This document shows positions 48,298 to 56,600 of a DNA stretch of 64,000 nucleotides, one piece after another. A program made the translations under genes and the position numbers. The DNA lies in NCBI GenBank assembly GCA_048270185.1, contig JBLWTJ010000001.1:512001-576000 (forward strand), written 5' to 3'. This DNA is from Bacteriovoracaceae bacterium (GTDB lineage: Bacteria > Bdellovibrionota > Bacteriovoracia > Bacteriovoracales > Bacteriovoracaceae). Positions within the stretch are counted from its first letter, which is position 1. Each line of letters begins with the position of its first letter. The notes beneath the pieces were generated by a model. It was not told the DNA's origin. It ran no database searches and saw only the letters and a list, made by a program, of their open reading frames with translations.

Positions 48298-49845
48298 TTA
48301 GATATTCTTTTCTTTACGAATCATGGCCATGGCCACTTTCACACCATCAACAGCGGCAGAAGTGATTCCTCCAGCATAACCAGCACCTTCACCACATGGG
48401 TAAAGTCCTTTATGTGATTCAGATTCAAAAGTTGCACGGCTTCTCTTGATCGTTACGGGGGCAGAAGTTCTTGTCTCAGGTGCCAGTAAGATTGCATCGT
48501 TATTAACAAAGCCATCCATTTTCTTATTAAAACTCTCCAGTCCCTCTCTTAAGCCTTGAGCAATAAATTCAGGAAGAATAGTTGTTAGGTTTTCACTAAA
48601 GATACCTGACGGGCATGATGTTTTAGGAAGATCCTTTGAAAGCTTTCCAGCTAAGAAATCCTCTACTCTTTGAGTTGGGATCTCCTTACCGCTTGCGGCA
48701 GCAACAGAAGACTCAAATGCTTTCTTTTCAATATCTCTTTGAAAATAATGACCATTTAAAACATCGTCAGTAGAAAAATCTTTACCTGCCTGAACTGAAA
48801 CAACTAAGGCCGAATTCGACCATGGCGAATTACGGGCAAAGTTACTCATTCCATTAACAACGATACCATCAGCTTCTGTTCCTGAAGATAGAACATATCC
48901 ACCAGGACACATACAAAAAGAATATGTTCCCTTATCCACTTCTTTATTGTGATAAGTAAGCTTATAGCGAGCGGCACCAAGATTTTCTCGAACAAATTTT
49001 CCATACTGAAGAAAATCAATCTGACTTCTCTTATGCTCAATACGTACGCCAACAGCAAAGTCTTTTGCCTGCATACTAACTTTCTTATCTTTTAAGTGAT
49101 GATAAATATCCTTGGCCGAGTGACCTGTCGCAAGGACAACATTATTACTTAAAAGCTCACGGCCATCACTTAATTTAACTCCTGCCACCATTTGGTCATC
49201 AAAGAGAATTTCATCAACTTTGACATTGTAATGAATCTCACAGCCTTTCTCTTTTAAGTAATCAGTGATTTTCTTAATAAGGCCTCGAATTTTATTGGAA
49301 CCAAGGTGAGGGTTTGAAACATAGGCCGTCTCAGGTGGAGCACCAAAGTCGACAAATTTATTCATAACATATTGTACATATGGTGATTTAATACGAGTAA
49401 TAAGCTTTCCATCAGAGAAAAGTCCTGCCCCACCTTCACCAAAGCAAACATTGTTATCATCATCAAATTCATTGTAGCGCCAAAAACGAGCAATATGCTT
49501 CATACGATTATGAGCGCGATCACCACGTTCGATAATTGTTGAGCTAATTCCATACTCAGCAAGTCTCAGGGCACAGAATAATCCCGCCGGACCTGCTCCG
49601 ATAATAATTGGCTTCTTTGAAAACTCATCAAGGAAATTAAATTGCTCGCGGTAGGCAGCAAACTCTTCACCTGGATAAATAATTTCTACTTTATAATTAT
49701 AAATTGGCTTCTTGCCGCGGTTGGCACCACGAGCATCAAGGGCCTTATTGTGGATACGGTAATCTTCAAAACCTGGAAAATTCTTATTCAGATAGAATTC
49801 AAGATCCTGATCGTAGTCTAATTTGAAATTGGTAATTTTACTCAT
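48298..49845 (-). CDS. FAD-dependent oxidoreductase (uncharacterised dehydrogenase family)
   Basis: GAGPAG, FGEGGAGLFSDGKL, YSFCMCPGG, PETRTSAP, GEGAGYAGGITSAAVDG. Confidence 0.9.
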   Translation of the reverse strand: MSKITNFKLDYDQDLEFYLNKNFPGFEDYRIHNKALDARGANRGKKPIYNYKVEIIYPGEEFAAYREQFNFLDEFSKKPIIIGAGPAGLFCALRLAEYGISSTIIERGDRAHNRMKHIARFWRYNEFDDDNNVCFGEGGAGLFSDGKLITRIKSPYVQYVMNKFVDFGAPPETAYVSNPHLGSNKIRGLIKKITDYLKEKGCEIHYNVKVDEILFDDQMVAGVKLSDGRELLSNNVVLATGHSAKDIYHHLKDKKVSMQAKDFAVGVRIEHKRSQIDFLQYGKFVRENLGAARYKLTYHNKEVDKGTYSFCMCPGGYVLSSGTEADGIVVNGMSNFARNSPWSNSALVVSVQAGKDFSTDDVLNGHYFQRDIEKKAFESSVAAASGKEIPTQRVEDFLAGKLSKDLPKTSCPSGIFSENLTTILPEFIAQGLREGLESFNKKMDGFVNNDAILLAPETRTSAPVTIKRSRATFESESHKGLYPCGEGAGYAGGITSAAVDGVKVAMAMIRKEKNI

Positions 49846-49925
49846 TCTTCTCTACTTGTCGCAATTTATTGTGATAAAATATCAGCGTATATTATAACCT
49901 AACTTTGCCAGATTAAAGGATTAAC

Positions 49926-51170
49926 ATGGCCAAAATTTCCCAAATAATAATAGGTGATGAACTTCTTAATGCAAAAATAAATGACCTTAACTTGCAAATT
50001 CTTGCCAAACAAATTTACCCTCTCGGTTTTGACTTTAGAAAATGTACGGTCTTAGGCGATAAATTTGATCAAGTTATCAAAGAAATTCAAAATCAGGCCA
50101 AAGAGAATGACTTTCTTATCATTACAGGTGGACTTGGGCCAACAAAAGATGACTTAACAAAATCCATTGTGGCCCAAACAATCGGTGCTAAACTTGAAGA
50201 GAATGAAGAAGCACTTGCCCTAGCAATCGAGCAATACCAACGCTTCGGTCGTGAATATAACAAAGAATCTGGCCAGTACCATATGCTTCCAAGTGGTACG
50301 ACTCCCCTACCAAACCCAACGGGAATGGCCCCAGGAATTCATGGCAAGATCGGCAACTGCCAATTCTTTTGCACCCCAGGTGTTCCAAGGGAATGTGAGG
50401 CCATGATTCGTGAATCAGTCCTTCCAATAATTAAAGGGCAAGCAGGAGAGGCCCACGAGTTATTTGTGGCAAGAACTCATAGTATCCCAGAAGAGACAAT
50501 TTTCTTTAAACTATGCCCTGGACTCTGGGAGAGATTAGAAAAGTACGGAAAAGTAAGTTCCCTTCCAATTATATCAGGCGTGGATATTACAATTAATCTC
50601 AAAGAAGAGTTTCACAACGAAGAGGCCAGGGCAGAAATTCGTGCCATCATTGAATCGACTCCTCTTAAAGACAATATTTGGACATATGGCCTAAGATCCA
50701 TCGAAGAAGTCATTGTTGAAGAGGCCACTGCAAAAAATCTAACGATTGGCTTTGCCGAAAGCTGCACAGGAGGTCTTGCTAGCTCAACTATCACAGATGT
50801 CTCAGGTTCTTCAAATATCTTCCTTGGCAGTGTCGTTAGCTACGCCAATAGTGTGAAAGAGAACATCATACATGTGTCAAATGAAACCCTAAAAGAATTT
50901 GGCGCCGTTAGTATTCAAACAGCTAAAGAGATGGCCCTTGGTGCACAAAAATCACTTGCAGTTGATATCGCTATTTCTTTTACAGGAATAGCAGGTCCAG
51001 GCGGAGGAACGACGGAGAAGCCAGTCGGAACAGTTTGTATTGGTGTTGCGACGAAGGATTCAGCAAGTTCTGAACGCTATGAATTTCGCGGCAATCGCAA
51101 AAGACTTAAGAATAAATTTTGTCAGCAGGGTTTGATCCTACTATTAAATGCAATACGAAAATCTAAATAG
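49926..51170 (+). CDS. cinA: CinA / NMN deamidase (PncC domain) fusion
   Basis: IGDELL, TGGLGPTKDDLT, PGVPRE, AESCTGG, GAVS, TGIAGPGGG. Confidence 0.93.
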   Translation: MAKISQIIIGDELLNAKINDLNLQILAKQIYPLGFDFRKCTVLGDKFDQVIKEIQNQAKENDFLIITGGLGPTKDDLTKSIVAQTIGAKLEENEEALALAIEQYQRFGREYNKESGQYHMLPSGTTPLPNPTGMAPGIHGKIGNCQFFCTPGVPRECEAMIRESVLPIIKGQAGEAHELFVARTHSIPEETIFFKLCPGLWERLEKYGKVSSLPIISGVDITINLKEEFHNEEARAEIRAIIESTPLKDNIWTYGLRSIEEVIVEEATAKNLTIGFAESCTGGLASSTITDVSGSSNIFLGSVVSYANSVKENIIHVSNETLKEFGAVSIQTAKEMALGAQKSLAVDIAISFTGIAGPGGGTTEKPVGTVCIGVATKDSASSERYEFRGNRKRLKNKFCQQGLILLLNAIRKSK

Positions 51171-52087
51171 GTGCACGCAACCTTTTCAAGATTCTAATAC
51201 TTTACGTTCATGTGAAGATATTCCATTAGGTATATTGAAGTAACTTCTTTTTAAGGATCTCTTCATTATATTTGAGGCATTAGAACAAAATTGTTTTTCA
51301 TAAAAACTGACTTCATCTGTATATCTGAAATGTGGTTTAAAATTAATTAAACGCCCCTCAAAATTTGTAAAATGCAAAGAACTGTATGGATATGAAATAC
51401 AACGATCAACAATCCCTGCTCTCAATGGGTTCTGATAAATATATCGATAAACATTTTGTAGGTAATTATTATCCTGAACAATAGACCACTTATAACGATT
51501 ACTAAATTTATGATTGATAACTTTTGAATATTTAGCAATTGATTTAGAGAGTCGATGATTAAATAACATCATAAATTTATCAATATTTTCATCAGGAGTG
51601 GTAATAAGAAGATGATAATGATTATTCATTAGAACAAAACAATTAACTTCAACATCAACTCTCTCTCGCGCGTAGATTAAAGCTTGCTTAGCTATATCCC
51701 AAACATGATACAAAGGTAACGGAAATGGAACCTTGTTATTTGTTCTTGATGTAACATGATATGGATACTTACTTTGTCTTATTAATTTAGGTCTAGGCAT
51801 GTTTAGCATATCTACTAATTTATAAAATAAAGCGATGATAAAAATACAATTGGAATATACATTTCATTTTTGAAATCGGTACGCGCAACCTTTTCGTGAA
51901 ATAGATAACTTATGTAATATAGATTCTTTTCGTATCAAGAGAAATAGACAATGTAGAGCATAGTATTAATTGCGCTAATCCTAGAGAGTGATTTGTATTA
52001 AGCAGAATAATAGTTAAGTGAAGGAATTGTTATTTGTAAATAAGAATCAGTATAACTGACTTGAATCACGAAAAGGTTGCGTGCACC
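51170..52087. mobile_element. RAYT element bounded by inverted REP-like sequences
   Basis: GGTGCACGCAACCTTTTC at 51170-51187, variant at 51878-51899, inverted copy at 52066-52087; AT-rich interior. Confidence 0.8.
51186..51800 (-). CDS. REP-associated tyrosine (HUH/Y1, IS200-like) transposase
   Basis: MPR, YHVTSRTNN, LMNNHYHLL (HUH), YIYQNPLRAG (catalytic Tyr), YPYSS. Confidence 0.9.
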   Translation of the reverse strand: MPRPKLIRQSKYPYHVTSRTNNKVPFPLPLYHVWDIAKQALIYARERVDVEVNCFVLMNNHYHLLITTPDENIDKFMMLFNHRLSKSIAKYSKVINHKFSNRYKWSIVQDNNYLQNVYRYIYQNPLRAGIVDRCISYPYSSLHFTNFEGRLINFKPHFRYTDEVSFYEKQFCSNASNIMKRSLKRSYFNIPNGISSHERKVLES

Positions 52088-52094
52088 AAAAACC

Positions 52095-52126
52095 AAAAAA
52101 AGAGGCCATACAATGTATGGCCCCTT
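52095..52126 (-). terminator. Terminator of the motB-like/motA-like/cNMP operon
   Basis: GGCCATAC-AAT-GTATGGCC with T tract on minus strand. Confidence 0.8.
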
Positions 52127-52146
52127 ACCTCATCTCAGCTTATAAC

Positions 52147-52608
52147 TTAGGCAGCATTTTTATTCTCAATTTCCATGATAAGGTTTGAGATTCGTTTACC
52201 TGCGCCTTGTAAACGTCCGGCCAGTAATCTTGATAGATTGAGAATCAAGAGTGAAAATATTCGAGGATTGGTTTTATACAGGCCGAATATGTCGGAGTAG
52301 TTCATGACTAAGACGTCGGTAAAGTTATCTGATTGTACTGTCCCATAGCGGACATTTTCTTTTAAAAGAACCATTTCACCAAAGAGGTCTCCCTTTTTGA
52401 TTTTGGCTATTTCTTTATTGTCGCGATTAAAAACACGAGCGGTACCGTTTAGGATTAGATAAAGCTCTTCACCAATATCACCGTGTTTGAAAACAAAATC
52501 ATCTGGTTTAAGTGTGAGAACCTTACAGTGCTCACAGATTGTCATAATCTCGTTATCATATAAATCAAAGAATAACGGACAACCTTTAACGATTGATAAT
52601 ACACTCAT
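52147..52608 (-). CDS. Stand-alone cyclic-nucleotide-binding domain protein
   Basis: VFKHGDIGEELYLILNG, GDLFGEM, RYGTV; no HTH. Confidence 0.88.
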   Translation of the reverse strand: MSVLSIVKGCPLFFDLYDNEIMTICEHCKVLTLKPDDFVFKHGDIGEELYLILNGTARVFNRDNKEIAKIKKGDLFGEMVLLKENVRYGTVQSDNFTDVLVMNYSDIFGLYKTNPRIFSLLILNLSRLLAGRLQGAGKRISNLIMEIENKNAA

Positions 52609-52623
52609 CTTGACCGCCCCTTA

Positions 52624-53595
52624 TTAAGCTATTTTCTTTTCATCATGCTTAGCTGGTGACTGATTCAAAGTTTTCTCTTCTTTCAAGTAGCGTTCGATAC
52701 TTTGAAGAACCTTAAGTACACCTTGCATAGCAGTTTGATCTTTCGAGTTACCTTTTTGAAGGTGATACCAAAGATTCTGCATTGAAGTCTCAACCTTTTT
52801 AAAGATCTTAAAACGCTTTTCAGGTAATGGGAAAAGTGTGTTTAGAAACGTTAAAATCAGTGAGAAGAAAATCCCCGCAATCGATGTCTTCATCGAGAAG
52901 GCAACGTTAATAACGAAACGAGTAAGGTTATCTGATGACTTTTCAATATTATTGAAGTCGATGGCCGCAATCTCAGGAAGGGCCATGGCAATACCAATGA
53001 ACGTACCGAAAACCCCAAAAACGATGAAAAGGTTCGGGAGAATATCGATCATACGAGATGCACCATCAATTGGAATATGCCCATAAAGCTTCGTCCAATT
53101 TCTATCATCACTCATAATACGATCAGTAAGTTCCGTATAATTTGGAGGAACAGTTGATTTAAAAACCGAACTCTCTCCATGGATTGAAGCGATAAGACCG
53201 TGTTTTGAACCAATATATTGATTTAGTGAAATACTTGATCCTCCACCATCATCAATTTCGCGATCAATTTCACGCTGGGCCATGGCCTCTTTACCATCGT
53301 AGTAACGATTTTGAATATTTGAATTGTTGCTGAATCGAAGAGCATTGTCAGGTAGGGCGGCATTCACTCGCCCTAGAAGATTTGACATATACGAATCAAT
53401 ATCATCAATAGGAATATTTTTTTGCTTATCATCATCGATGGCAGCGTCAAGCTCTCTCGTAAATCGCGAGTAATAAGCATCATCATCTTTACTGTGACGA
53501 TAAGCTAAGTAGCGAAAGACAAGGGCACAAAGCAAAAGCCCCATCATGAATTCGATAAGATAAGTACCGAAAAAACTTAATACTAACTCAATCAT
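52624..53595 (-). CDS. MotA/TolQ/ExbB/ZorA-like ion channel subunit
   Basis: N-terminal TM; LPNLFIVFGVFGTFIGI and MKTSIAGIFFSLIL TMs with conserved Thr residues. Confidence 0.82.
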   Translation of the reverse strand: MIELVLSFFGTYLIEFMMGLLLCALVFRYLAYRHSKDDDAYYSRFTRELDAAIDDDKQKNIPIDDIDSYMSNLLGRVNAALPDNALRFSNNSNIQNRYYDGKEAMAQREIDREIDDGGGSSISLNQYIGSKHGLIASIHGESSVFKSTVPPNYTELTDRIMSDDRNWTKLYGHIPIDGASRMIDILPNLFIVFGVFGTFIGIAMALPEIAAIDFNNIEKSSDNLTRFVINVAFSMKTSIAGIFFSLILTFLNTLFPLPEKRFKIFKKVETSMQNLWYHLQKGNSKDQTAMQGVLKVLQSIERYLKEEKTLNQSPAKHDEKKIA

Positions 53596-53638
53596 ACGTA
53601 CCTCTTTGTTAGGTTACCAATCCTCGACTATTGGTCAA

Positions 53639-56600
53639 CTATTTAAGTTCAGGAGAAAGTTGTAATAATCTCTCCATCGCTTTTGGATCATCTTTTAATG
53701 TAAAGCTCAGCTCAACACGTTGTGATTGTGAACAACTAAACTCACCACACTTCATGTCTTCATTTGCAAGTGGAATTGCAAAACTAGCTGGTTTTCTTTC
53801 TTCAACAATAAACCCTTTTGGTTCAATTAATTCAGCTGCAATTGACTCACGTTCACGTTCAATTACTGTCTCAAGAGGAATCGGTCTTGAGAAACCATAA
53901 CCAATTGATTTCGTCACATTACGCATATAGAACTTATATGGGTAGTTCATGCCATCACTATAGATATAGTTAGAGATAGCAAGAGCTCTTCGTGAAGAAA
54001 GGTTTAAGTTGTAGTTATACGAGTAAGCTTCTGCCATCATTGGATCAAGGGCCTTACCACCAAAGAGTGGAGACGCGTGTCCTTCAACATTGAAGCTATC
54101 TAGTTGCTCTCTTACTGTATCATCAGCAAATAGAACTTCTGAGTACAGTGGAATAAGAGACTTAAGCTTCGTTTTTGCATGCTTACTCAGTCTTGAAGAA
54201 CCTGTTTCAAATAGTAAGTTCTTATCCATTAGAAGTGTTACGTTACCTGTTTTAGGATCAACCGCTGCATCAATATTATTATTTCTAAATTTATCAGCAA
54301 GGTTTCTCGCAATATTTGCACGTAAGTTCTTCTTCTGATCTTCTACTTTTTTAGCAATCTTCTTAACTTGCTTCATGAAATCTTTCTTATCGTTAACTTC
54401 AGCAAGACATGAATTAAGTTTCTTATTAGCACCATCAAGTCCATTACCAAGTTCAGTAACCTTCTTATTCAAGGCGCTTGAACCAGTTTCACAGGCATTT
54501 AGGTCCTCACCAAGTGACGCAATCTTACGTCCAAGACTTCCGTTTTCATCATTCTTATTAGCAAGAGCATTTTGAAGATCACTAACTTCTTTTCCAAGAC
54601 CTGCAACCTTTCCATTTAGCCCATTAACTTGATCTTTTAAGCCTTTATTTTCTTTTCCAAGACCAGCAAGTTCACCCTTAGCTTTTCCCAGAGCATCTTT
54701 AAGTCCACCGATCTCTTTCCCCATACCGGCAAGTTTACCTTGGGCCTTACCTAGGGCTTCTTTTAGGCCACCGTTCTCTTTTCCAAGACCAGCAAGTTCA
54801 CCCTTAGCTTTTCCCAGAGCATCTTTAAGTCCACCGATCTCTTTACCCATACCGGCAAGTTTACCTTGGGCCTTACCTAGAGCTTCTTTTAGGCCACCGT
54901 TCTCTTTTCCAAGACCAGCAAGCTCACCCTTAGCTTTTCCAAGAGCATCTTTAAGTCCACCGATCTCTTTACCCATACCAGCAAGTTTTCCCTTTGCTTG
55001 TCCAAGTGCTTCTTTTAGGCCACCGTTCTCTTTTCCAAGACCAGCAAGCTCACCCTTAGCTTTTCCAAGAGCATCTTTAAGTCCACCGATCTCTTTACCC
55101 ATACCAGCAAGTTTTCCCTTTGCTTGTCCAAGTGCTTCTTTTAGGCCACCGTTCTCTTTTCCAAGACCAGCAAGCTCACCCTTAGCTTTTCCAAGAGCAT
55201 CTTTAAGTCCACCGATCTCTTTACCCATACCGGCCATCTTACCTTTAGCTTGTCCGAGTGCTTCTTTTAGGCCACCGATTTCCTTACCCATTCCGGCAAG
55301 TTTTCCTTTTGCCTGTCCAAGTGCTTCTTTTAGGCCACCGTTTTCTTTTCCAAGTCCTGCAAGTTCACCCTTAGCTTTTCCAAGAGCATCTTTAAGTCCA
55401 CCGATTTCCTTACCCATACCGGCCATCTTACCTTTAGCTTGTCCAAGTGCTTCTTTAAGTCCACCGATTTCTTTACCCATACCGGCCATTTTGCCTTTTG
55501 CCTGACCAAGGGCCTTCTTTAGGCCACCGATTTCTTCGCCCATACCTTTCATCTTGCCTTGGGCCTGTCCTAGAGCTTTTTTAAGCCCACCATTTTCTTC
55601 AGACATACCTGCAAGTTTTCCTTGGGCCTGACCAAGAGCTTTCTTAAGCCCACCGATCTGTTCACCCATTCCTTTCATCTTACCTTTAGCTTCACCAAGT
55701 GCCTTTTTAAGGCCACCATTTTCTTCAGACATACCTGCAAGTTTTCCTTGAGCTTGCCCAAGTGCTTTCTTAAGTCCGCCGTTTTCTTCTGACATACCTT
55801 TAAGTTTACCTTCGGCCTGCCCTAGAGCATCCTTAAGGCCACCATTTTGTGCCATAAGAGACTTCTTATCACCTTCAAGTTTTCCAACCATCGCCTTTAA
55901 ACGATCAACCTCACCAGAAAGACCCTTATTCTTTGCGTCTCCCTGTGCAAGCTTTGATTGAAGATTTTTGATGTCACCTTTTAAACCTTGATTATTTTGC
56001 TGAGAACGCGCAAGGTTTGATTTTAAACCTTTAACGTCATCATTAAGTCCTGCGATTTTGCCATCTCTTGCAGCTACATCTGCATTAAGCTTTTTAATTT
56101 CGGAATCTTTTTGAGCAGTAAGAGAATCCATTGCTTGTGCATGCTTGCCTTTTAAATCCTTAATTTGATTATCGTAAGCAAGTTTTTGATCAGACTTACT
56201 CTTCTCATATTGTTTAGTAAGATCTGTCAGCTCTCTCTTGTGATCGGCATTTAATTTTGCAATCTGTGACTGAGCATCTTTTTTAACACCAGCAAGTTGC
56301 TTATCTTTAGATTCAAGTTCTGATTGAAACTTTTTATTTAAGTCAGCAATTTTTGATTCATAGCCTGCTTTTTGTTTCGCTTCAGATTTCTTATGCATTT
56401 TTTCTAGATCAGTGATCTTCTTTGCATGATCTGAATTAAGCTTTGCAATTGTCTCTTGTGATTTTTTAATTGTTCCAGCAAGTTGCGCATCTTTAGTATC
56501 TAGTTCCGCTTGAAACTTTTTATTTAGGTTAGCGATCTTAGATTCATAACCCATCTTGGTATCTTGTTGTTGTTTTTGATGAGATTTCGTCAAATCGTTA

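Noticed and set aside
54650..55846. Possible CRISPR array
   Set aside because: Repeats are contiguous, in-frame 63-bp coding units with synonymous variation; no unique spacers or cas genes
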